From Callorhinchus milii (taxonomy: Eukaryota), in contig NW_024704743.1 in assembly GCF_018977255.1 (NCBI RefSeq), positions 84,322,001 to 84,386,000 on the forward strand: a DNA stretch of 64,000 bases. The letters run 5' to 3'. The first letter of the stretch is position 1; every line of letters begins with the position of its first letter. Of this stretch, positions 24,701 to 36,790 are shown one piece after another. The notes beneath the pieces are model-generated. The model searched no databases. It saw only the letters and a program-made list of their open reading frames with translations, and was not told the DNA's origin. Made by a program: the position numbers and the translations under genes.

Positions 24701-27017
24701 TCTACCACATAACATTTAAGTTAATAGGCATCAGATTACCAATGAATAAACAACTTAGTCAATATTATAAGCATACTGCTTTTGTCTGAATAATTATCCT
24801 TATGGATACAACATATAGTAGCAACTAGATAAACAGATAATCATATTTTATATTCATGCTTAATACAAATGGAATATCCCTAGAAAGTGTATAGAATAAT
24901 GATTCCAATAGATTTATGCCAAACTCTGTCTTTGTTTGCACCTTTTATTTCCAAGGAGAATATTGGGAGTACATTTAGAACAGTACATAATACTAGTTAC
25001 CAGTATCACATTGCTGAATAATTCTCAAACGCGAACAGCTAGATTCAACATGATGCCAAATACTTCCCCTATCATTCATTGCTGCTCCTCAATCATGTCA
25101 TAGCAGGACACGTCATGTGTTGTGTTGGTAAGCAAATAATTCTCTAATTAGGTCTGTTATGTGTCGCTGAGCAAATTGTGCCAAAACACCTCCATCTTCT
25201 AAATCATCTCGACTGCTGAACTGATCATAATGAAGTAAAACCCTTTGAAGCTATTGTTTTCATTTTTAAAGTTACATTTGACTGTTCTTGTTGCAACATT
25301 GCAGAAATGATCAAAATTCCAACTTGCCTCTTTGCTTCCAAGAACTTGAGTGAATTTGAGTAGGATACAGTATTAGGTTATTATCCAGCATTGCTACAGG
25401 CACAGTTACAGACAAATGGATTGGGACAGCTTAGCTGTAAGTCCTTTTAGGCCTCACTAAACCAACATAAACTTCAAAAGCTCAGTTATTTCCTATACAA
25501 TAGATGTTGAGCACAGCAAGGCATCATTTTTCATATAAAAGTAGACTTACATGCCACTCTGCTCACTGACAGCCCATCTTCCTGTCTTTTCAGCTCTCAC
25601 TGAGAGCCAAGCCAAAGCAGCTTTATTGCTGAGTTTTTGCAATGATAGAAAGCACGAAGTTCTTTGCGATTTTTTTCCCCTAAAGTTGATGAGCCATGAC
25701 AGATGAGCAGATGACCCAAGTTAATTATTATTGAATTTGTTATTACTGCTTTGTTGTCACCCAGCTCAGCCAGGGTAAAATGATAGCTGTGGAAATCTCA
25801 TTAAAGCAGCTGCTTCAATTAAACAGAGGGGTTGTTTAAAAAAGTGAAATCTCTAAGTTTATTACACTAACAATAATTGATCTTTTTTATATTGTTAACA
25901 TTCCAAGCTCTTCTACACTTCAACTTCAAACACTATAGAAACAAAAGTATCAGTTATTTTTGCATGAATTATTGAAGAGCCTGTATTTTTGTTAGTAACA
26001 CCAACAATATTTTACAAATTTCACAAAGTTCAACATTGTGAGGGTGAGGGGCTAAAATGCCATATTTGCAAAATAACGATTGACAAACAGTGTCTGTGAG
26101 TTGAAGGTAGAGATCAGTGTCAGGCTGTGAGAACTCTGCCCTGAAACTTTAGATCACATGGGAGTGAAGTTCCCTCGGGTCACTGTAACGCAATTGCGGC
26201 TACTGGGTGGGGGGTGGGGGGGAAGTTTGCCATTTGCGAATGTGTTAGCGAATATCGTTTCATATTAAATTTCATTGCTTTCCTGGATGCGATTGGCAAC
26301 ACAGGTACAATTACAAGAGTCATTAATGCGGCGCAATTTGTTTAGCAGTGAGGGGTCCCTCCATTCTAAGCGGTGGCAATATTAATTCCAGTTTATCAGT
26401 GGCACTTCAAGTATTAAAGTGGTGTTAATAACATCAGTGTTCCAAAATTCCAAAGCACATCTTTAAAAAGAACTAATTGTTTTAATATGAATGAACTTCA
26501 AACAGATTATTGGGAGGAAAGGTGGATCCTACCAATTTAAGTCAAACTGCATATTTTCGATTTTAAATGCCGTAGCACAGCCTCAGTAAAGCAAATCAGT
26601 CTTTAATGACTGTCAACAGACTTATGTCAGCACGATTAAGAGCAGTGAGTGTCTTTTCATTGCTTTACATCAGTGCCTTATTCTGAATGGATTCAGTCGA
26701 AATGGATATAAGTACAACATTTACAGAGAGGAAGTAATGTGTGTGTTGAAAGTGGCGCACGTCTACATTGAGTATATTAATAATACCGGAACCAATATGA
26801 CAAAAGACACTCACACGAGTGTCACGTGTGACTGAACATTCCAGAAACTGTAATCATTGTACCCAGGAGAGCGAGCAAGCAAAATGCCCGTGTCAAATTT
26901 ACATATTAAATGGCAAAAAGAAAACAGTGGAAACAGAAGTTCAAAAAATAAACCTGACTTGAAGTCCATTAAATAAATTTACAAGTAAAATAAATATTAA
27001 TTTTTACTATAAATCAT

Positions 27018-27378
27018 GTGTCAGTTTGGCTCAGTTGGTAGCACTCTCATGTCTGAGTCTGAAAGTTGCAGTTTCAAGTCCTATATCGGGACTTTGCATT
27101 CATAGTCTAATGCCCGCAAACCTTTCTCAAATAGGGCATCTGGCCCCCTTGGCAGCCAAAAGGTTGGACCACCCTGGTCTAGACTGACACTCCAGTGCAG
27201 GACCTGACAAGGTGCTGCCATGTTGGACGCATCATCCTTCAGATGAGACGTTAAACTGTGCTCCCTGTTTGCCACATGTACCTGCAAAATACGGTCACTA
27301 CACTTTACAGTACATCCTATGAAGCGCTTTGAGATGTCCTCCCAACATGGAAAGGACTATATCGAATGTAAAGATTCT
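27018..27378 (+). mobile_element. Deu-domain SINE containing a hAT-like end fragment
   Basis: Head GTGTCAGTTTGGCTCAGTTGGTAGCACTCTC; interrupted 27110-27176; resumes GTCTAGACTGACACTCCAGTGCAG...CCTTCAGATGAGACGTTAAAC. Confidence 0.82.
27110..27176. mobile_element. hAT-like DNA transposon terminal fragment
   Basis: Ends AGGTTGGACCACCCTG (reverse complement CAGGGTGGTCCAACCT) next to GTCTAGAC, a hAT/Charlie-type NTCTAGAN target; second copy at 32541-32591. Confidence 0.6.
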
Positions 27379-27440
27379 GGTTATTTTATTATCCCTTCAA
27401 CATATCCTGGGGTAGTATTTTTATGATATACATAATAAAC

Positions 27441-27624
<184 letters not shown>

Positions 27625-27749
27625 ATCTGTGTAATGCTGAAGTTCTGTTTAATAGATACACAGTCCCTACACTGCACAAAAAACTCAGAAGAGCTTTGAG
27701 ATACATCAATGTGAAAAGGCTCCCTGTAGGATAAAACTTGCTAAGGGAC

Positions 27750-27922
27750 TAGCTTGCTGAAAAAGACCGGGGTTTCAGTGACTTGTCGCTCGTTGCTCAC
27801 CATATCAAAACAATGTGAGATAGCAACAAACAAGGCAAAGAGAATACTGGCCTATATTGCCAAATCAGTTGAGTTTACATCCCCAGAAGTCATGCTCAGG
27901 CTGTATCGAGCTCTGGTCAAGA
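27750..27922 (+). mobile_element. CR1 ORF2 fragment
   Basis: SKQCEIATNKAKRILAYIAKSVEFTSPEVMLRLYRALV resembles CR1 QCxxAAxKANxxLGxIxRxxxxxSxEVxLxLYxALVRP. Confidence 0.8.
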
Positions 27923-28844
27923 GCTTTATACAGCAATAAGGATGCTAGAGAAATGAATAATGTGTTTATGAAAGTAAACAAAAGCAATAAGTTCAGACAC
28001 ACCGAGAAAGCTTAACATGAGGATATAGGTTTAGATGCTGAACTCATTAAAAAAAAACAGCTTGAGACTGTGATGGGTGGGTACTGTGGAACAAAATTGG
28101 CTAAGGGGGTTCTTCATCCAAAAAATGTTGTGATGTCAAATGCAAGGATTTGCAAAGCAAAATATGTGCAACAAAACTAAGTTACAATGAGAGGCACACA
28201 GAGATGAGTATGTTTTTTGTCATTCAAGAGTAAGTGGAGGCATAATCCTGCCCTTTAGACCTGTGTTTTTAAAATACTAAAAGGTAAACGTATTGCAGAC
28301 ATAAGCGGCCGATTTAACTTATACCATGAGATCAGCAGTAAGGCAGATGTTTAAAATTTACAAGCCTCAAGTGAGACAAGAGATGAGATGGATTCCTCCA
28401 CCACCCCCCACTTCCACCATGGTGGAAGAGATTCACAATAAATGCAGTTAAATGTGGGTCAATTAACTCCTTAAGTAAAATAAATGGATATCTATCTAGT
28501 TCAGGATAGCATTTGATGCTATAAAGCTAGACAATTCCTCTTAACACTTCAGCTATGGGGGAAGCACTACCTGTTACTCTTTTAATCGTTTTAAGATGTG
28601 CTTGCTCCACCTTTGAAGGCATTGTAGTGAGTGAGCCGTGTTAACATGGAAATCTTCCTGTATAGACTCTCACAACATACCATATTCATTATAATTTCCA
28701 TTACTCTGCTATTACCTTTTATTGCTATGCCGAAATTGAAACTGCGGTATTTGCTACCTGGATTCCAAATACCAGCTTGAAGTCACAAATAGCAGTTCGT
28801 TTTGGTAACCAGAAGCGACCTGTAGGGACTCCACAATTTACTTA

Positions 28845-29250
28845 TAGTAATAATCCTTCCTTTTGATATAGTGCCTTCTCACCTCACCAAATGTCGAAAG
28901 TGCTTCATAGGATTTTACTGTAATCTGTAGTAATTATGTACTAGTAGGCAAACAAGGCAGCCAAATTGTGCACAGCAATTTTCCACAAACAGCCATGAAG
29001 AGAATGAACCATTTATTTCTCTGGGGTATTGGTAGCCAGTACACCAGGAGAAACACCTGTTTTTCCCATCTGAACAGGGAGACAGGACCATAGTTTAACG
29101 TCTCGACTGAAGGACGGCACCTCTGACAATGTAGCGCACCCACAGCACTGCGTTGGAGTGTCAGCCTAGACTATGGGCCAAAAATCCAGACATTTGGCTT
29201 GAACCCACAACCTTCTGACTCAGGGGCGCAAATGCAAAACCAGGCTGATA
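28845..29250 (-). mobile_element. Deu-domain SINE, near full length
   Basis: AGTTTAACGTCTCGACTGAAGGACGGCACCTCTGACAATG...GGAGTGTCAGCCTAGACTATG...CTTGAACCCACAACCTTCTGACTCAG. Confidence 0.85.
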
Positions 29251-30818
29251 GCTTCTGGGAGCGTTGTAGTGGAATTCCCCCATGTCAATGTAAAGCATTT
29301 CTAATTCCTAGCAGCAGAAGCTGTTATTTGAAACTCACTCAAGTCACAATGTGTGAATTCAGATAACAAATATTACACTTTCCATCACATTATGGTCAAC
29401 ATTGCTGGCTATATAGTCTGCACCCATCGAGGTACATTATGTGATGATGCTAAGCGTTAATTTACACATGCATTTAATTTAGCAACCTTATGATATTTAA
29501 CACTTGGTCTGAGCATGTTGGAGGTGGATCACCTGACACCCATTTCAATGGTTGTGTCTGGAAGTCGGCATTGCCATGCATTGGACCACCTGTTAACAGG
29601 ACACTGCCTTTATTTTTTTTATGTTTACCTAAGCTAGTATCCTGCTCACTGGCAGTTTAAGCTGTGGATCAGTGGTCTGCTTGCAAGACCTCACCAAGCA
29701 TTGGCTTTTCCTAATATGCTCTTCAATCTTTTCATATTGAATTCTGCACTCCAGAGCTGAATTTGTGGACTTTGCAAGTTTCACAGGGCTGAAGTGACAC
29801 TATATCTTTACCCATTAATTCTCTGGCATGAGTTAGTTTATTTTCTGACAATATTCCTAAGTTACATGTGTGCCCCAGTCTTTCCAACCATCTGTTTTTT
29901 TCCTGATTATTAAAACAATTGTAGCCCTTTCTTTTCCATGTATTTGATTTGGCTTCTAATCTCACAGTTAGTTACAGTCATTTTATCTTTTCAGTTTCTG
30001 CCATCCTTAATTTGTTATTTATAAACCCATTAATAGCTGTATGTGGAGCTGAAATATCAAGATTACTAACAAGAGGGGTTTGGTTTACTTCATTAGCAGA
30101 CAGGCTCACAAGGTATATGTTTAGAAGTGGTTACAATGCCCTCACTTACATTCAGTATTAAATAGACTGGAGCACAACAGTCCACTACTATCACTTATTC
30201 TAGTACAGACTAGGGTCAAAGTATAGTATTCTCAACAGGGATTCATAAATGTCAAATTCCACTAGTAGCCAGATGTGCGTCACCACAATGCAGTTCTGGT
30301 CCTACACGTCTGAAAGTAGATCACAGAATTCCTGTTGGCATGACTTACATCCGGTTACTGGAAGGATTCAATATTTATCCATCCTTTGGGAATACCGTGA
30401 CTTTGACCCCAGCGTAATATGTCTGTACTGAAGGAAGGCATCTAATTATATTGAATTTTAAGTACATTGACTAACCAGACCAGTGGCACTCGTTAAACAG
30501 CCCTCCTCCACATCACCTGTGGCCCTTGGAAGACTTAATACTCCACATGCCTCTGAATTTCCAGTCACGGCTGAGGGACATTGGTTAAGCCAGGTTTCAG
30601 GGCTGTTTCTTCCTCTCCGTAGCACAAGGAGCTTCAATGACAATGTTACAAAAAAACATTATAGGGAAGAAATATATCCCAGCATCCATCAAGCGAAATA
30701 GAACTAATTGATGGAACTATTAACATTTTTCCTCATCCTATGGCAGAGGGTTTGCCCTTCACCCAGCAACAACCGACTTTGGTAAGATTGAAATCCAAGA
30801 TCTCACTGTGTAAACTTT

Positions 30819-30891
30819 CTGTACTCCCCTGGTTCACAGTGTGATGGGACATTGTAGCCCTGTCCAATCACAGTGAACCAGGAAAGTACAG
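30819..30891 (-). other. 73-nt imperfect hairpin (pre-miRNA-sized or miniature fold-back element)
   Basis: CTGTACTccCCTGGTTCAC..TGTGAT.GGACA / TGTCC.ATCACA GTGAACCAGGaaAGTACAG with a 9-nt loop; the CC/AA mismatch becomes two G-U pairs on the minus strand. Confidence 0.55.
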
Positions 30892-31559
30892 CAATCCTGA
30901 GAGGGTCTTTTGAACAAGACAATGGTTGGGTCGATGTAACCAAAGCAAAAAGTTAGTAAGAAAGTCGAAGTTAGAGAAGAGTATCCATCATTATTTTGTG
31001 AGAAGAACAAGGCTCAGTGATCAACAGTGGGTCATGGACCCAGTAGGGTAACATCTGATTAAAGCATAACTTAAACTATCCTGTTACGTATATCTTCACT
31101 CCAATAAAAGAATACTAGCACACTGAGCGACTTTACGGTATGTTGTACAGACCTAGGGGATGGATAAATAAATTTGTTTTTACATTCCCTTCAACTGCTG
31201 TGAGAAACTCACTAAACGTACCGCAAATTAAAGTTGTTGGCCTACATACGCTCGATGAATTGTCTGAAGCCAAGCCAACAATATTTACTATTATTTATAC
31301 CGGCCTTGTGTCAAACTCAAGGTGCTGTAAATAAATCTACTTCAACGTGTTGGCAGTTGTACTGCAATGTGATGACAGCTGTACCTTAGCAAGAAGTGAA
31401 CAACCTGATACGTAGGTCTCTAAGGAATTCCTTCACAGCAAGAAGACCATGGAAGAATTTTAGAGACAGCAAGAGTGTCATAGTTAATGGGTGGAGTTTC
31501 CTCCCGGCCAACTCTAAACTGGGCAGGGAGGAAAATTCCATCTGATGTCATTTGTAATT

Positions 31560-31880
31560 ATGTCCCTCAGTTTGACAATAAAAGGAGCTCTTGACCGAGG
31601 ATATGATTTCATTATTGCGCAATGGTGCTGAAAATATTAAGCAACGTTGTGAAAAATATAATTCCTGCTGTTTTATTAACAGCATTTTTGCCAGCGCTGT
31701 GATTAACATTTGGCTGCCTTGGAGATCAGGGCGACTGCAAAGTTACGTAATGCGTGACATGGAGAGCAGAGGCAAAACTAGTTTATTGAAAAGACAATAT
31801 TGGTTTGTCCCAAAGGCTCCCATTAGCTCACTTTTCGCAGTAATACCAATAATATGTGATTCATGTGAATATCTGAACTA
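31560..31880. promoter_or_regulatory. Candidate conserved enhancer with two perfect bZIP palindromes
   Basis: ATTGCGCAAT (31614-31623, C/EBP consensus) and TTACGTAA (31743-31750, PAR/NFIL3 consensus), adjacent GCGTG; non-repetitive and retains CpGs. Confidence 0.35.
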
Positions 31881-31884
31881 TTAG

Positions 31885-32110
31885 GTGTCCGTTTGGCTCA
31901 GTTGGTAACATTCCCATCTCTGTGTCAGAGGTTGTGGATTGAGCTCATCGCATCGTCGAGGTTGACACTCCGATGCAGTGCTGGGATATTGCTGCATTTT
32001 TGCAGGTACCGTCCTTTAGTTGAGATGTTAAACCAAGGTTAATTGGCTTTTCAGGTGGACATGAAAGATCCCATGGTACTATTCCAAATGAGAAGGGAAT
32101 TTCTCCCAAT
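31885..32110 (+). mobile_element. Deu-domain SINE 5' half
   Basis: GTGTCCGTTTGGCTCAGTTGG head; GCCGTC-like GTACCGTCCTTTAGTTGAGATGTTAAACC...CAGGTGGACATGAAAGATCCCATGG. Confidence 0.8.
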
Positions 32111-33196
32111 GTTTTAATTCCACTTTTTTTCCTTCTCAACATAGTCTTCAATATTTCTACTTCCAAAGTATCTAAACATCCCTTTCATGAATCCTTCAAT
32201 TGGCTTTGCATCTATGGTTTTCTGGGGCAGTGTTTTCTTTACAAAAAGGTATCATTCTCTGAGTGGATATTCATCCTCGCTTCAGTCCTAAACTGTTTAG
32301 CCTTACGTTTAAGATTATGTCCTCGAATATTTGATTAGCCCACAATTATATAAAGCACTTTGAGACTTTCTTCCAACATAAAAGGTGGTGTATAAACATA
32401 AATTGTATTGCACTGTTTAGGGGAAAAAGTCACTCCTTAGCTGGCTCTACCCTCTGCACACCTGCGCCCTCCATAACCCAGAAATGTTTTTTATGTTTCT
32501 GGAAGAGAAACACAAAAATATTACTTATGCAGCCATGATGTTTCTCAAATTGGGCATCCAGCCCTCACAGCCAGAAAGTTGGACCACCCTGTTGATGATC
32601 AGCAGCTTTATGTTACTGAGTTAGAAGTCAATGTAAATTTGAGTTTAATGGTGCTTAGTGATGACTACAGAATACCAACACATACGATAAAATGTTTCCA
32701 CTCCAATTCATCTTGAGTTCCATCAATTATTTTGAGCGTTAACATGAACATTGACTTCTTCACAACAGGAATACAAATGCAGCCAGTGTTTTCATTGCTC
32801 AAACTCCTATTGAACCTAGTTTGAAGACCAGCAGGAATGAACAATCACCTGTCACTGTCCCAATGAATGAATATGCCCTGAACTGCCATATGGCCATCTG
32901 TCTGTTACAAAGACTACTTGAAGTCAATTCCAAAGACAAATAGGCAAACAAGTTCCACTGTTTTCTGATCCATGCAGAGATGATTTTAAATACATTGCTT
33001 ACACTTCTGTTACTGTTACAAGAGATCTGTCTCATTATATAAATTGTCTCACTAAATAAGATGGCTTACTATAGAAACCCATCTTGCTATGTAAAACTAT
33101 CTTGATGTGTGCCTGCCAAATTGGAAAGCTCAAACCTGACCAGCAGGTTACACCTAGTTTTTTAAGCCAACATCCTGCAGTCAGTACCACCCTTGA

Positions 33197-33330
33197 ACAA
33201 CAACAACAACAAGATTGCATTTATAGAGCACCTTTCAGGTTGAGAGGACGTCCCAAGGCACTGGACAGTTGGGTCGGGACCCGAGCAGGGGGGAAATGGT
33301 CAGGGTGAGGGAGGGAAGGGAGGGAGTGAG
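33197..33330 (-). mobile_element. L2 3' UTR fragment
   Basis: (CAA)n then GGACGTCCCAAGGCACTGGACAGTTGGGTCGGGACCCGAGCAGGGGGGAAATG, close to the end of the L2 at 56795. Confidence 0.88.
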
Positions 33331-34329
33331 TCTCTGTCATGGAGGCAGGTTAAGCACTCTGAGATGTTCTGAGATGCAACCCTGCGTGGAGGGTGCTATA
33401 TAAGTTCAAGTTCTTGTTTAAAAATAAATAAATAGAGACTGCACTTTCACTTTCCTTGTTTCAGATTGTAAATAAAAGCTGCTAGTTTAGTTTAAATCAT
33501 TTAACATAAGTCACATAATACTCTTAGCACTTAATGCAATACTCTGATATTTCCTAAAGTACGTAAAATTCTGTAGCATGTCGCCAAAGATACTAACACT
33601 CCAATTGTTCCCCATTTCAGAACTTTTTCAACCTCAGGTCATGCTCTTATGTTTCAACTAAATATCAAGCGGAAAGGACATGGAAGGACATGCAAAGGTT
33701 ATGCAGAAATAAAGCTTCATTCAGTTTGTTTTTCTGTGGCATTTATTTGATGGTGTTTTGATCATTGTGTGATCACATGTGTAGGCTGAAAACTGAGGAT
33801 TTGAGTGTGTGTGTGTGTGTTTCACTGTGGTGAAAGTCAGTGGCCTTGAGTCATTGAGCCTCCAGAATGTCAGGGCAGATGATTTGTCACTTGCATCCTG
33901 AGCGAAACATTTAGATGAAGGATCCGTTCCCTTTGCCTGTTTCGTTTCATTTGAGAAAGAGTCTCTGGGGTCTCTTTAGAAATACCATGTGGACCTGTAA
34001 AAGCCGTTGTGGGTTAGAAGTGAAATTATATCATGCACAATATTTGATGATTGATTCACTGAAAATGATTCTCTGACACTTGGACTGTAATTCATTCAAA
34101 GTTCCCCCCCCTCCCCCCTCCACAAGCTTACATACATGTGAGAATAGATAGCTGGTAGCAAGTTACAAGGCTGCTTCAAGGTGCGATTAAAAAAGAAAAC
34201 ATGAATGTATTTATTAATAATAATAGTATTAAACCTAGCATTTGATGTAGCGCCTTCCACATCGTGAGGACGTCTCAAAACATTTCACAGGATTTACTGT
34301 AAAGTGGAGTGACTGTATTTTTGTGGAGG

Positions 34330-34482
34330 AGCCATATAAGAGGAAATTCAATGCATACATGAGAAGAGAGGAGCGGTACAGGAGAAAGGATTAGGAGGAG
34401 TGGAGGCTCATTTGGAGTATAAACATCAGCATAGACAAATTGTGCCGAATGCCTTGTTTCCACACTGTACAGACCATGTAAC
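34330..34482 (+). mobile_element. CR1 3' UTR fragment
   Basis: GGAGGCTCATTTGGAGTATAAACATCAGCATAGAC...GCCGAATGCCTTGTTTC resembles remembered shark CR1 3' ends. Confidence 0.5.
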
Positions 34483-35059
34483 TCCACAAAAAATTAATTT
34501 GAACAGTTTTGCAAATGGAAAATCTCTAGACTGAATTACTGATTCTTTGTTATGCAGTATACATTTATATTAAAGTAAAATATTTGTTTCTTGTACTGTC
34601 ATCCGGAGAATGTGTTTTGCAAATAAAAAGACAATCAAGCTGATTGATAGCTAAGATCCAAAAGTATGTTACACCATTTGGTATTTTGTTTTAAAATCTG
34701 ACAGTGAAGTGCAAGTACTGTTCAGTTTCATTGTATTATAGATATGATTTGCCTGGAATGAAACACAGATGTAAAAGCTCCCAGATTTGTGAACTGAATT
34801 AGCTGATGTTAGCAGGTTGTGGCACTAGGGGCGCTACTTGGCATCAACACTCCAGGCAAGAGAGGGGAAACAAATCAGCCTGGGTTCCCGCTCCCAATCC
34901 AGGATGCAAAGTTGGATTGTGTGTAGTTGTTCAGTAAGGATAGCATTGGATTTGATTCTGATGATTGAATTGCTTGCTGAATAATAAAAATAATTCCCGT
35001 ATTCATTTATAGTGGCTATAATGTCAAAAATCTCAAAGAACCTGTTAGATAAAATTAGT

Positions 35060-35360
35060 GGACAGTTGTAAGCAAACGGAGCAACTAATTTGCCCACAGC
35101 AATCTGTGAGATTGCTGACCAGATATTGAGAGAAACTCCCTTCTCTTTTCAAATCATGCCACAAGATCTGTATCTGAACAGCAGATGGGACCTTGATATT
35201 TAAAATACCCGAAGGACAGCACCTCTGACAATGCAGTGCTACCCCAGGACAAAGCTGAAGCGTCAGCTGAGGTTATGAAATTCAACATCTAGTTGGGGCT
35301 CAAATCCCAGAGCCTTCTGTCCCAGAGGTATGAGTGCTACCAACTGAGCTATGCTGATAC
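35060..35360 (-). mobile_element. Deu-domain SINE, degraded
   Basis: CCGAAGGACAGCACCTCTGACAATGCAG...GAGTGCTACCAACTGAGC. Confidence 0.72.
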
Positions 35361-35871
35361 TTGAAGCTCACACCTAAAGAATAATCAATTTAGGAGTAAG
35401 GCACAGAAAGAAAGTGGCATATATCAGAGCCTTCAGAAGGGATGAAAATTGAGGGGGATGCCCAAAAGATGTTGGTGTTTCCACGTGTCTGTTTCTATTC
35501 TTTTGAGGACTGTAGGAGTTTTTCTATACCACATCTAAAATTAATTGAAAGAAGAATCTTTCTCTATTAAAATTAGCAATTAGAATTATTTACTTCTGAA
35601 CATATATAACCTTCACCAAATATTAAAAAATTAGAGAATTAAAAAATATATAACCAGGTACCCCAATGGTCTACTGATGAGCAGAAGCACTAAGTATAAC
35701 CACCCATATAACCAGGCATGTACTTCAGACATATATTATTTGCAATAAGATGAAGCTGTTGGATTGAGTTAGGAAATAAATTGTATAGAGAAATAGGAAC
35801 AAGCAATACACCAAGTATCATTGATCAAGTAGATCTTCAGTCCTGAAGAATTCACATTTGGTTCTTATTTT

Positions 35872-36185
35872 GACTTTTTTTTTGGTCATCTTGGTGTTTG
35901 ACATATGTGGAAAAACCATCAACGTGCTTAAGGATATCCAACAAGACTAAAAATTTCACATCTGGATACCAACCTTTGAAAGGAAATGTCTCTGTATTTG
36001 GAATGAAATGCAACTTCTTCATCATTATATTTATCCTGGAGGGATGCACTGTGTTTACATAATTCCAGAGAATTTTAAGCGCAGATTGGCAAGAGCAAAA
36101 CTTGGGGACTACAGAGTGTGTATTGAGGTATTGCTGGAGTTTAACCAGCTAAAACATCATAGCTTGCCATTGAGAGCACTGCCTC
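35872..36185 (-). mobile_element. LF-SINE-like dispersed repeat, 3' part
   Basis: T-run then GGTCATCTTGGTGTTTGACA...; GGCAAGAGCAAAACTTGGGGACTACAGAGTGTGTATTGAGGTATTGCTGGAG matches 7945-8005 reversed. Confidence 0.65.
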
Positions 36186-36544
36186 GAATGCTAAAGGAAT
36201 TTTTCAATCCATTTTTTCAGTTTTCCATTTGAAAAATATGTTTGCTTTAGAAGAGCTAGATTTTAAATATTAGAGTTTATTAGCGGTTTTGTTTAGATCT
36301 GTTTTCTGTCATGTAAAAGCGACATTTTAGAAATTCTTAATACACATTTTGTAAAGTTCAGAGACAAACCCACAACAATGAAGAACATTGTATCGGTACC
36401 TTGATACTCAGATTTTCCTCACAACTACTTGATGTACGAATTGGAGATCCCTCTATCTCTCAAAGAGACACTCACAATCATTCACAAGGCTTGGAAGAGG
36501 GTTGCTGGATACTCTTTTGACTGGTAAATAGAATATAGGCAGAA

Positions 36545-36790
36545 CCTTTTTGTCAGTCAGGTATCTGACATATTCAGAACCCATCACCATGCTAAAGAGT
36601 CTCCAACCAAACTACTGAGAGTTGCACTTATGTATCATTTCTGTGTTTCTGGTAAGGAGTGCACCAGAGAAACACACCTTGTTTACCTAATCCTGGAGTG
36701 TTTAAACCTGAGTTAGCAAGAGCCAATGCTTGGGGATCCCAAAGTGTGCATTGGGTAATGCTGGAGTGTAATCAGCAAAATAGATGGCAA
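36545..36790 (-). mobile_element. LF-SINE-like dispersed repeat, second copy
   Basis: TTTTTGTCAGTCAGGTATCTGACA...GCAAGAGCCAATGCTTGGGGATCCCAAAGTGTGCATTGGGTAATGCTGGAG. Confidence 0.6.

Noticed and set aside
30711..30787. Plus-strand first exon (MELLTFFLILWQRVC... or MAEGLPFTQQQPTL) ending TTG|GTAAGA
   Set aside because: Donor is plausible but there is no promoter-like context or recognisable peptide.
30868..30879. mir-128 gene
   Set aside because: Only 12 nt match the remembered mature sequence; the 3' part and opposite arm differ from mir-128 precursors.
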